A DNA stretch of 64,000 bases from Cycas panzhihuaensis. Its lineage: Eukaryota > Plantae > Cycadophyta. Location: assembly GCA_023213395.1 (NCBI GenBank), contig CM041465.1, positions 133,059,741-133,123,740 of the forward strand, read 5' to 3'. Numbering within the stretch: the first letter of the stretch is position 1; every line of letters begins with the position of its first letter. Position numbers and translations under genes: made by a program. Under the pieces are notes generated by a model, which saw only the letters and a list, made by a program, of their open reading frames with translations, ran no database searches and was not told where the DNA came from. Positions 25,701-37,260 of the stretch are shown here, piece after piece.

Positions 25701-25741
25701 CTTTCATTGGAGTTGTAGAACCAATTCAAGAGGGATCGACA
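13771..25741 (+). mobile_element. Athila-like non-chromovirus Gypsy C with ~750-bp LTRs, integrase largely deleted, ~3-kb 3' region
   Basis: 5' LTR (13771-14261 plus 17432-~17715) aligns with 3' LTR (24985-25741). PBS TGGTGCCATTACTAGG at ~17720 is a decayed TGGCGCCGTTGCCGG (tRNA-Asp type). Gag ~17970-18750, protease ~19750-20100, RT/RH ~20560-21625 (DYRELNKAIRKDHF, YMDDF). PPT AAGGGGAAAA at ~24972. Confidence 0.85.
14262..17431 (-). mobile_element. Internally deleted / non-autonomous Gypsy D (gag, protease, integrase C-terminus, chromodomain), inserted in the 5' LTR of C
   Basis: LTRs 14262-14771 and 16956-17431 (TGTGGG...GCCACA); decayed Met PBS at ~16941-16953; PPT at ~14772-14785; gag start ORF 16570-16890; LVDSGS protease motif ~15640-15655; no RT or RNase H; degenerate TSD ACAAG/GTAGG. 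Confidence 0.88.
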
Positions 25742-25934
25742 AGTCATAGGAACCCTACTTCACTAACAACTTTTGGCAAGGATTTTCGCAAGCAATAGAC
25801 ATGACAATCTACACAAGTATAACATACCACCCCTAAAGCAATAGAAACATAGAAGCAGTACACAAATGTTTAGAAGGATACCTAAGGAATTATGCAAGGG
25901 ATAAATAAATCACATAAATTAAATGGCTTTACTT
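25742..25934 (+). pseudogene. Gypsy integrase fragment (target of Copia E; continues at 32937-~33030)
   Basis: Reads roughly FTNNFWQ..YHP..AVHKCLEGYLRNYA..KWLY, then resumes LAKF*YNMTY after element E. Confidence 0.8.
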
Positions 25935-28900
25935 TGTTGGAATAATGTCCACATTGGAGCAATTGCCCGCATTGGGGTGATTACCCACATTGGAGCAGTT
26001 ACCTATATCTTGGGTCAATATCTCGTGCTAGCACATTGTTAGGCGTTTGTCAATGCCAGTCAGTGGTGGACCTTGAGAGGTGTGCCAAATCCTCTCGGTC
26101 CCACTTATATCTATAGGGGGTCCGAAGACCCTGGTGTTCATCAACAACACCTTCCTTACAAATTGCTAGTTACTCCTCCCTTGCATGCATTTGCTTCTTC
26201 TTTGCTATTGTCCTCTAATTCCATCATTTGGTATTAGAGCCATAATGCTCCTCCTCATGTTGTCTTGCATTTGTCAACTTCTGTTTGTCCTTCAATCAAC
26301 TTAGAGAATCAAGTGGGTAAGGTGCACATAGTATCATTGCATCTGTTTGAAGAGGTGTAGAAAGCCTTGTCTATTTTTTCAGGCTATTTATCTCTATATT
26401 AGAATTGTTGCATTAAATCAATGTCAGAGTGCCCATTCTGTATATGTCTCAAATTTGTGGTATTGTTTCTTTATAAGTGTGTTTCAGTAGTGTTGTTTCT
26501 GCTTGGGCTTGCTTGTTTGCTTTTCTCATCACTCTCTACTTTTGGTTGGTGTAACTGCCCATCCAACTACAACAACTTTGTGCCCACTTAGCAAGAGGAG
26601 TGCCTCTAATTGAAGCCTGAAATCGTCTCAGATCCATAAGCTCCTCTCTCATATCATTCACCATTGACTTGGCCTATAAAGGATTTGCGTCTATTTGCAC
26701 ATTCTCTCCTTTTTTATCCTTGTGTAGTCCACTTAGCCAAAGTATCCTAAGAATGGAGAGCACATTTCATGTGGAGAATTGTGAGGAGAAAGTAGTTGAA
26801 TGCAGCCAACATCCTGACGTGCCCTTTCCAGGCCAACGTCTTTTGAAGTCTTCGTCTTTTGCTTCACCTTCCCCTTTATCTATACATCTGCCTTTCCTCA
26901 TTCTTGGGAAGACATAGGTAAAATGATCCACCCCGACTCTCTTTTTCTGGGTTTTCCTTGATCTAGATCAAGGTTCACACTACTACATAAGTGCAAAAAC
27001 AACAAGGGACAGTGACGAATTCTACTGATTTGTAACTACGCATATTTATTATAGAACAATCATGGCATCCATCTCATTGTGCATTGACTCTTGTCTATTG
27101 CGTCTGGATTGAGTTGGTCGCCATTTTCATGTGGTCTACATTCTATGTCTACGTTCATCTTACGCATCCTCTAATGACCAGTGCGTCTAAAATTCAACTG
27201 TTTTGCATACTTGCATTTGGTGTTCTAGTGAATCCATGTGTTTGTCTCCATGACTGTTATGTTCAACTATTGATTTATGTGAAGATCTATTTGTGTGTAT
27301 TAAATCCTAGTCTTACCATGCACCATGGAACTACGTTTCCATTTGTGGAAATCCTCGCCTGTATCACAATGTTGTGTAAGCCAACACATTCCATTTACAT
27401 CTCCATGACCATGGTTATATCTTAGCTAGCATTTGTGATCTGTCTAGATAAATATTTATCTCACATCTACTTTTTTCAGTGTGTTGTGTTATTATTTTCT
27501 CGTATCGAAGGGACTGGCACCTAATCTACCTTCATTTGTCCGTTTGGTTGTTCATTCACACTCCATTTTTGAGACTCTAGCTTGCATATTTGGATGTCCT
27601 TACGAAATGGTGCGTCAAGTATTGGCTCCATTTGTTAGCCATGCACTGTATGTGATTCTTCTAACTTAGAGTTCTGGTGCATGTTACACATCTCAATTTT
27701 GAAGAGAACATGTAAACATTCATGGAGTGAGTTCTAGTTTGAAATTGATAAGTTATCGTAGCAAACCCCTTGTCATACAACTTGCAGGTCACTTTTAGCA
27801 TTCAAGTGACCAGGGGGTAGTTTTTAAAGGGGCTAAGTTTTCTTTTTTCAAGGAGGCTGCCTTGTTTTGTGTACTTGTTTTTGCTTTAGCAAGCATAACG
27901 GTCACTTGTGGGGTCCATTTTCAAATATGCCAACTCCAAAGCATTCTTCATTTCCACCTGAACGAAATGAGTGGTCACATGCCTATGTTGAAATTGCATT
28001 TGATATTTCATTTGATGACTAAAAGTTGATAAAAAATTTCTTTGTAGTTCATGTGCTAAAGGGTTCTTTATCATTTTTAATCTCCTTGTACTATTTAAAG
28101 CATAACTTGGTCATAAAATGCCAGAATCAAGTGTCCTTTAAAGCGTTGGGCTCATATTTTGATCTTCTATTGAGTGAATGGTCTTTTAAGTACTTTTGAA
28201 ATCATTTGATGTAATATTTTTATGTTCAAAGTTGATGCTAGTTTGTGGACTTCCTGTGAATTGATTCTTGAACAAGCTTAGCAAAACTTCACTTTGTAAT
28301 CACAATTAATACAAAATTATTTGCCTTGGAGGAGGTTGAGTCCTAGTTGGGACACTTTTGCATGTCCCATAGTTGAAGGACAATTTGGCTTGTGTTTTTT
28401 GAATACCTTCATTGCCTTGCTTAAGTGCATTTCAGTATATCATTTAAGCACTATATCTTTTCAAAGTAGTTTATTTTAAGGCAATTTTTTTATCATGGCC
28501 TCTAATATAAGCAATATAATGGTACCTAAATTTAATGGTACAAATTTCTTGCATTGGAATCATAGGATGAAACCTATCTTTGTGTCAAAAAATATGTGGG
28601 ATTTGATTGAGACAGGTTATGGGGCATTTGATCTTAGTGCTACCGAAGATCAAAAGAAGTCCTACAAAATGAATGAAAAGCAAGATAATGAAGCCTTGAT
28701 GTTCATTTTCTGTGCATTGGAGGACCACATATTTCCAAGAGTTAATGAGATGAGTACATCAAAGGAAACATAGATGCTTTGAAGACCATCTACGAAGGAG
28801 CTGTTGCATCAAAACTCCAAACACTAAGGAGTAGATTTGAAAACTATAGGATAAATAATAATGAAGGGATAAATGACTTTATAATTAAGGTACAAGGCAT

Positions 28901-31900
28901 AGTCAATCAAATGAGGGCTTTAGGAGATGCCATTAGTGAAAAAGGGTGGTAGAAAAGATCCCAAGGTGTGTTAGTGATATCAAAAGGTTTGAAATGGTTT
29001 CAACAAGCATTGAGGTCTCTAAAGACCTAACTACACTCAAGCTTCATCAACTTAGTGCAATGTTACGTGTTGGAAAGAAAAACGGGGATAGTGAATTATT
29101 AAAACATGCTTTTGCCACTAAGACAAAGATTAGGCCAAAGTTCTAGGGGAAGAAGTAAATCTCTTTGAGGAAGAGGTTAAAATTTTAGAAACCAAGGGCA
29201 ATTTCATCAAAGACAAGGTCAAGCTTATTAAGGGCAAGGGAAATACCATCAAGGTCAAGGTCAAAATCAATTTCATAAAGGACAAATCAAGGGCAAAGAC
29301 AATACTTTTAAGGCTAATTTAATCAATGCCAAGGACAAGTTTTTAGGCCTCAAGGAAGAGGTAGAGGACAAAGTCCAAGGGGTAGGAATCAAGAACAAAA
29401 AGGAAGGAATCCTAGAGGTAGAGAAACAATGCAATATTCCTGTTGTCATAGAAGTGGACAATTAGAAATGAATTGTTTCACAAAAAGGTTCAACATGCAA
29501 AGAGGAATAGATAATACAACAGTTGAAGAACAAAGGGAAAATGAGAGATTCTTCCTATCAAGTCTAATAGCCAATGAAGAAGAAGATAGTCAGTATATTA
29601 ACTCAGAATGCTCTACCCATATTACACATAGAGAAGAATGGTTCAAGGAGTTGGGCAACACCAAAAAAAGCAAGATCATGTTTGGAGACAACACTACTCA
29701 AGCTACAATTAATAAAGGAAATGTAACCATCCAAACAGACTTTGGAGAAACAAGATGTATCAATGATGTACTCCATGCCTCTGCACTTAAGAAAAACTTG
29801 TTATCAGTGAGACAAATGATGGGGAAAAAGTACAAGGTTATCTTTGCCGATGGTGAGTGCACCATTAAGGATAAACTGAGGAATAAGACAATAGTTGCTA
29901 AGGGTCAAATGACTAGTGATCGATTGTTTAAATTAGTTATTCCCTCAATTGATTACTATGCTTTGAAGGCATCAATTAATGTGGATAGTGCAACTTGACA
30001 TAAAAAACTTGGCCATAGGAACTATAACAACTTGGCATTAATGGAAAAAATGGAAATGGTGATAGGTCTACCTGACATTGAACATGGCAAAGAAGTATGT
30101 GAAGGTTATATACTAGGCAGACAACAAAAGGAAGGATTCCTTAATAACAATTATAAGGCAAATGGGACTCTTCAACTAGTGTACACAGATCCATGTGGAC
30201 CAATGGATGTACTTTCACTTGGAGGAGCCAAGTATTTCATAACTTTCATTGATGACTTTACAATAGTGGTTCGGGTTTACTTTCTCAAATACAAGTCAAA
30301 TGCACTTCAATGTTTTATTGATTTCAAAGTTATGATCGAAAGACATAGTGGATATAAGATATTAACCCTTAGATTAGATAATGGGGGAGAATTCATTTCG
30401 AATGAATTCAAGGATTATTGCAGATGTTTTGGGATAAGGAAGCAATTTACTAATTCTTACACCCCTCAACAAAATGGTGTAGCAGAAAGGAAGAGCAGGA
30501 CTATTGTTGAGATGGCTAGGAGTATGCTTAAGGATAAGCATCTTGGCAAGGAATATTGGGCAAAATCTATACATACAATTGTTTATTTGTTAAATAGATG
30601 TACAACTAAGGCAGTGAAATGGGTTACACCTGAGGAAGCTTGGATAGGTTACAAACCAAACATCAAACACTTAAGAGTTTTTGGGTGCATAGCTTATGCA
30701 CATGTTCTAGAACAAAGAAGGAAAAAATCGAATGACAAAAGTACCAAGTGCATATTTATACGATATAGTGACTCATCAAGATCTTATAAGTTATATGACT
30801 CCAAGAGTAAAATAATCATCATGAGCATGGATGTCATCTTCAAAGAAGATGAATTATATCAAGCGGAAGTTATTGAAGAAGTCAAGGGCAAAAACATTAT
30901 GATTGAAGTAGACTCTAACTTAAGTGGTACAAATGTACCTAGTGCAAGTGAACCGGGACCATCTACTTCAAATCAAAAGGTTCCAAAATGGGTACAAAGG
31001 GCTCATAACCCTCAAAATATCTTAAACACTAACTTTGAGAGAAGAAAAACAAGATCTCAAAGGGTAAACTTTGCACTTATGACTCAAGTCATGGAGTCAA
31101 ATGAGCCTCACAACTTTGAAAAGGCTAATAGCCAAGATGAATGGAAAAATGCAATAAGGAAGAATACAATGCCTTAGTAAAGAATGACACATGAGAGTTA
31201 GTTGATTTGCCATCTAGAAAGAATGTCATAGGAACAAAATGGGTCTACAAAATCAAGTATAAATTAGATGGGTCCATTGACAAATACAAGGCAATATTAG
31301 TTGTAAAAGGCTATGCTCAAATTAAAGACATAAACTATAATGAAACATTTGCACTTGTTGCAAGGTTGGAAACAATTAGATTAATCATGGCCTTAGCTGC
31401 ACAACAAGGTTGGATAGTCCATTAAATGGATGCGAAGAGTGCCTTCCTTAATGGATATGTTGATGAGGAGATCTATGCCCAACAATCCAAGGGTTTTAAA
31501 GTGAAGGGAAAGGAAGACAAGGTCTACAAACTTAAAAAGGCCTTGTATGGACTCAAATAGGCACCTAGAGCATGGTACTCTAGGATTGATAAATGTTTTA
31601 AACGTAAAGGATTCTTAAGATGCCAATCAAACCCAATTTGTATATCAAATTGGAAGGAAGTTCAATATTAATTGTGGATTTATATGTGGATAACCTAGTA
31701 TATATTGGGAATTGTGACTACTTATCCCAAAAGTTTAAGGAAAATATGTGCAAAGAGTTTGAAGTGACAGACTTGGAACTTATACATTATTTCTTAGGCA
31801 TTGAAGTATGGAAGAATGAAAAAGGGATTTTTGTGTCACAAAGGAACTCACATATTGGATATGTTGCATAAATTTAACATGGATAGTTATAAGCCAGTTG

Positions 31901-32936
31901 CAACACCAGCAGAGGTTGGGTTAAAATTGTCTAAGTTTGAGGACTCTTAATCAATTGATTGTACACTTTATAAGCAGTTGATTGAGAGCCTTATTTACTT
32001 GACTTCAACTCAACCAGTCATTATGTATGCAGTCAATGTGGTTTCCAGGTTTATGCATAAGCCTAAAGTAAAACAATGGCAGGTAGCCAAAAGGATTTAC
32101 AGGTATCTTAGAGGTACTGTTGCATATGGTTTACATTACAAGCCATCAGGGGATTATACACTGATTGGTTATACAGACTCAGACTAGACAAGTTGTATAG
32201 ATGACAAGAAATCTATTTCAGGTTATGCATTTAGTTTGGGTTCGATAGAAGTAGCATGGAGTTCAAAGAAGTAGGCAAAAATTTCTCTCTCTACTACAAA
32301 AGTAGAGTACAAAGCAGTTGTAGTAGGAGCTTATGAGACAGTTTGTCTTAAGAGATTGCTTTAGGATTTACAAGAAGAACAAATTGATGCCACACCGTTG
32401 TTTTGTGATAATCAAAGCATAATTTAAATGACAAGGAATCTAGTGTTTCACGACAGAACAAAACACATTGAAACACAACATCACTTTATCAGAGAGTTTG
32501 TACAGCAAGATGAATTGGAGTTGGTCTATTCTAGCACTGAGGATTAGGTGGCAGACATCTTCACAAAAGAACTTAGCAAAATAAAATTTACCAAATTCAG
32601 AGATAAACTTGGAGTCTCCCCAAATGGATATTATAAGGGGAAAATGTTGGAATAATGCCCACATTGGGGTGATTGCCCATATTGGGGCAATTATCCACAT
32701 GGGGACGATTACCCATATCTTGGTTCAATATCTTGTGCCAGCACATTGTCAGGTGTTTGTCAACACCAAGCGGAGGTGGACCTTCAAAGGTGTGCCAAAT
32801 TCTCTTAGTCTTGTCTGTATCTATAGGGGGTCTAAAAACCCTAGTGTTCATTGACACCACCTTCCTTATAGATTGTTGGTTACTCCTCCCTTGCATACAT
32901 TTACTTCTTCTCTACTCTTGTCCTTTGATTCCATCA
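25935..32936 (+). mobile_element. Full-length defective Copia E (7.0 kb; 292-bp LTRs; ~2.25-kb 5' leader)
   Basis: LTRs 25935-26226 and 32645-32936; PBS TGGTATTAGAGC at 26229; PPT AAGGGGAAAA; TSD TACTT/CACTT. Gag from 28495; integrase ORF 30032-31177 (LDNGGEF, TPQQNGVAER); RT/RH to ~32620. Each LTR starts with ~4 copies of an 18-bp unit. Confidence 0.95.
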
Positions 32937-33274
32937 CACTTTGGCCAAATTTTGATATAATATGACATACTATTGAGCAATAAAGATGATACCATTTATG
33001 GCATTCTAATGGTACCCACTCTCTTCAATAAAATAATATCTAAGCGTAAACACTAAGGTCTAGTTAGGCAAGTTGACCAGACCCATTGCACATTATTACC
33101 CTATTCAAGGGGATGCCACCCCAAGATCAAAGGTGTTGCATTTTTTTTTCTACCATTGGGCACTTATTGTGGCGTTTACCACACTATGCATGCTTAGTCC
33201 TATGCAACACCCCTTTAGCTTGAGAAGTATTTGTAATAGGTTTCTACAGTTTAAACAACTTTGCACTTTCCCTT

Positions 33275-33421
33275 AGATAGGTAGATAGGTAGGTAGATAG
33301 ATCAATAGGTAGGGAGGTAGGGAGGTAGATAGATCGATATATTGATACATGGATAGATGGACAGATAGAGATAGACAGCTGGACAAATAGACAGATGGAT
33401 CAATGAATGGATGGATGGATA
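33275..33421. repeat. Compound (TAGA/TAGG/TGGA)n tetranucleotide microsatellite
   Basis: Directly visible, degenerate units. Confidence 0.9.
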
Positions 33422-34051
33422 GAATGTAGTATTCAATAGATCAAGACTATCTAGGTACACATAGTAAAGAATTACATGCAAAATAATGAGAATCCCCATA
33501 CAACAAAAGTCATTACCCACACACTAACAATCTTCAACATTGATCATCAAAAGACCAGCCAAATGGTTTCCTAGGCTGGACTATTTGCCTTTATGATGGA
33601 TGGGTGTATAGATAAACGTAACATTCTTTGGTAATAATGAGGAAGAGATATGTACTTGTTTTACTGTTATACTATTTTTGTTTCATCCTCTCTATTTGAG
33701 TTTTATGTAACAGTATTCTCAAGTTTTGATATACCCCTGATCAGGAGAGCTAAGGATACTCTGTTGATTTTGCTTGTTGACAGGGCATATGGCTCCAATT
33801 CTCACCATTCAAATGTTTTAATTAAGGTAGCAATGCAGTTAAGCCTCTAAATATTTTGGGAGCTAGGAATCACTCATGAAATCTATTCAATCTTTGATGT
33901 CAGGAGGTTGCAGAGAAAATGCTTGCAATCCATATACAGTTTCAGCACTTAAATTTCCAAATCTCACTATGATTTCCAACCAAACTTAAAATCTTAGCCT
34001 AAAGTACAAATTTATAGCTTGTGAAATAAAGCAACTAGGTTATTTTCTTAC

Positions 34052-34246
34052 AGTTTGACACCAGGTGGTATCTTCATGTGACTAGGTCCATCCAGGCCAT
34101 TGATGATATATAATGAAATTGTCCATGCCAATAAGCCCACAAAGATGAGAAGAATGAGGAATTCACCAGCAGTAACTGTTCCCAGGGGTCCCTGTATGAA
34201 GACTGGATACGCCCACAGACTCACTCTCTGTTTCTTGCTTTTTGGC
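34052..34246 (-). CDS. FRO: Ferric reduction oxidase (FRO family), exon 3
   Basis: tttcag|G...CT|gtaaga. Encodes (K)PKSKKQRVSLWAYPVFIQGPLGTVTAGEFLILLIFVGLLAWTISLYIINGLDGPSHMKIPPGVK, matching the FRO 'LW..PV...GPLG.V.A.E' motif; in phase with exon 2. Confidence 0.9.
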
Positions 34247-34320
34247 CTGAAACGGAAATGGTTTTCACATTTTAAGCTCTTGGTAAATAAATATGTAATT
34301 GCTAAAATGATAACTCATCT

Positions 34321-34624
34321 CTATCATAAATGGGCCATTCCTATGAACACATGCATCATACAAAAGATACTCTTTCAATTATTTAGGACTTCGTCAATGG
34401 CAAATGGCTATATAACAAAGGAAAGGTTATGCATTGAAATATAGTTTCCTTCAAACTGCTACTAAACAAGCTATCACAAATGGGCCATTCCTATGAACAC
34501 ATGCATCATACAAAAGATACTCTCTCAATTATTTAGGACTTCGTCAATGGCAAATGGGTATATAACAAAGGACAGTTTATATATGCATTGAAATATAATT
34601 TCCTTCAAACTGCGACTAAACAAG
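34321..34624. repeat. Tandem duplication, 2 x ~150 bp, in FRO intron 2
   Basis: Units 34321-34470 and 34471-34624 (CTATCA.AAATGGGCC...ACTAAACAAG) differ by a few substitutions and a 4-bp indel. Confidence 0.95.
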
Positions 34625-35689
34625 TGTCATCATTATCCAGACAATGGATAGTCCATTCCTCAAAATGTTCCAAGTAGCAGGTCAAATGACTCAAATTACT
34701 TGAGCATGCCAACTTGCTACTATTGCCATCTATAGTGTTAGGAAACCGTTCCTCATATCTTGACATCCACAAGAGTACCATGAACCTTTTTTGCTCCCCT
34801 CTTTGCAAAGATTTTCTTCTGTCATCTCTTTGGGCTAAGGACTTGCATAATAGTGGAGTGATGATGACATGCAGGTCATCAGTGGAGGATTTCTTGATTG
34901 TGACCTTCAACAGCAAACAGATGAGTAGAACCAGCAGCTGTAGTTGGAAGCTGGCTCTGGTGGAGGACGCTGACCAGGATACTTGGGAGCATCCACCTGG
35001 GAAGGTGCAACAGTGTGTTATTGATGAACAGAGGTCTGAAACTCAGGATGAATTGAAGCTGTAGATGACATGCTCATAGAAAACTGTCAGCAGGAGAAGG
35101 AAGATAGGGACCTACCGGATCATGGTACACAGGCAGAACAAAAGTGGACGGATCATGATCTGATTGATAACAATTGTCCAACCACTATTGCCCCAGCCAA
35201 TAATGTTACAGGAGTAGATAATGGAACCCCTGTGAATATGCCCAGCACTAGTGCAATCAGGAACTATGGAGTAAAAAGGAAAAGAGAGGAAAACGTTTTT
35301 CCCTTCGATGATAGCAGAGACACTGTAGAGGGAAGCCTTATCACTACCAAAGGACCCTGCGTATACTTTAGTGTGAAGGAGGCATGCAAATCTGCATTTT
35401 GGAGATGTAGGGGGGCTAGAAAGAAGTTTAACAGACTTGATGAGGTGTTGGGGCGCCTGAGAACTAAGAGGAGAAGATCCTATGCTTGTGTAACTGAAAA
35501 GGTTTTGCCTTTTATATCCCCTTTCCATTTTGTAGCTTTAGGTCTGTATTTTGTTTGGAAAAGGCTTTTACTTGAGACCCTTTTTGATTAGAGCCGACGC
35601 TATGTAATCCTTTCTTTAAGAAGGCTGAACAAGTCCAGGTTTCAAGATTGGAGTGGGAAAAAAAAAAAAAAAGAGAGGAAAAAACTCAC

Positions 35690-35783
35690 TTAATTTTTAG
35701 CTGATATCTGGAAATATGGAGGTATACGGACCCCAAAATTGCTATCAGAAATATAGGAGCAGAAAACAGAAGGTTAACAGAAC
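35690..35783 (-). CDS. FRO: FRO exon 2 (94 nt)
   Basis: ttgtgcag|GT...AA|gtgagt. Encodes (G)SVNLLFSAPIFLIAILGSVYLHISRYQLKI, a typical FRO second membrane segment. Confidence 0.9.
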
Positions 35784-36519
35784 CTGCACAAGTAAAAGAC
35801 ATATCATGAGTCCCTAAATCAGAGGATACAAGTAATTCACTGTTCTTTCATTCAGATTCTCTAACCGAATAGATTTTCCAATACCAATCAGATACTATCT
35901 GGCACTATAGCACTAATGGCTCTTGTCCTATCAATGATAAGTCCTAGTGAAGTTTCTGGAAAGACGGAAAACAAAAAGGCAACCCAAGTCATGGATTAAG
36001 CTCCTGGTTACTCAAATAGGTGCACTTTTCTAACAAAGTTAGTAGTTACGTAGGGACCCCATGGCAATTGAACTAATGACTAACCAAAGTGGGAGCATTA
36101 GACCAAACTTTGTATACAAGTTTTAGGCATTCAATTGTGTTAAATGCAATTTTGACAGGCCTTTTCAGTGCTTTTTGTTTTTTGTCAGTTGATATCATCA
36201 TCTATAATTTTGGAGTAAAAAAAAGAAGGAAAAAGGCTACCTAAACACTGTAAATCAAAGGAGGGGAAATTGCAGTTGCTAACATTTGCCAATTGGCTAT
36301 AGAAATCTGTGTGAAAAGAAATCACAGGCCTCAAAATGTCCTAAAAAGTGGCATAATTGGAAACAATATATCAGGGGATTTCTGCTTTCAAAAAGAGGAT
36401 TCGCCTTCAACTTCGAAAGTTGTATCTTGTATTGAACTACATTGGTAAAGGAGGCGGCTTGTGTCCTTAAAATTATTCCTAATGCAAGCAAAGAGTGGAA
36501 AGGGCAAGGAAATTCACAC

Positions 36520-36688
36520 CAGCAGATCCAAAATAAGATGTACTTGTCTTGGTTAACAGGGTCTCCCAAGGCTCTGACCATAACTTAGTTGGCCTCAAAA
36601 ACCAGAGACCAATCCATCCTGCAAAAAGTACCCACATTGCCGTTTTCAACAGAACTGAAACTGGTCCTATCATTGGATTTGCCTTCAT
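36520..36688 (-). CDS. FRO: FRO exon 1 (169 nt from ATG)
   Basis: MKANPMIGPVSVLLKTAMWVLFAGWIGLWFLRPTKLWSEPWETLLTKTSTSYFGSA(G), resembling plant FRO N-termini (GW..LW..[K/R]PT..W...T.FG..G); donor G|gtgtga, phase 1, matches exon 2. Confidence 0.88.
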
Positions 36689-36899
36689 CTTCTCGTTCAG
36701 ACCTCAACCAACTCGAACACTTAAAGGAGGGGGTCCCAAGCACAGTCCCAATGCACAGAACCAATTGTGTCAGCCTTCTACCTCATATACTATTCATCTC
36801 ACAACTAACATATTGCTCTGTATGCAACAGCCTTCCTTGAAGAAGAAGGAAAAGAAAGGTACGCTTCCAATATTTTGGACCATGAATTTGTACTGAGAT

Positions 36900-37260
36900 A
36901 CTACAGTTCAACGTAGCAATCATTATATCTCCTCCTCCATAGCCGATGATGAATTACAAAGCAAGTACCGTCAGATTGGTAAAAATTAGGATAAGAGAAG
37001 AACATAAAGTAAGGCCGAGGAGATCTGAGAGGACGTGGGGTGGAATCCACCGTTCGTCCATGCATTACGTCATCACGTTATGCATGAGGGAGCCCGGAAT
37101 CTTGCTGACAAGCCGTAGATTTTTGAGTTTATAGCGCGTTCTACATCAAAATTTAACCATGAGGTGTAAAGTAGAATAAGGGAGCTTTTGCATATGAATG
37201 TGAAAATGATAAAAAAAATAAAGAGTATACACATGACGTCCCGAGGTGATTAAAGTGTCA
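36900..37260 (-). promoter_or_regulatory. Putative FRO core/proximal promoter
   Basis: Local CpG retention against CpG-depleted flanks; TATA-like motifs on - (TATAAT ~36922-36927, TATAAA 37128-37133); several ACGT cores (ACGTGG, TGACGTAA, TGACGTC) and two CATGCA. Confidence 0.6.

Noticed and set aside
25943-26015. CRISPR-like 18-bp repeats at the start of the E LTRs
   Set aside because: Head-to-tail with no spacers, present in both LTRs, eukaryotic context.
33500-34050. Possible FRO exon 4 just downstream of exon 3
   Set aside because: I found no FRO-like translation between splice sites on the - strand here.
36297-36519. Apparent frameshift/pseudogenisation of FRO after GSAG (ORFs 36479-36688 and 36297-36581)
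   Set aside because: A GT donor at 36519 splices in phase to exon 2; the run-on sequence is intron 1.
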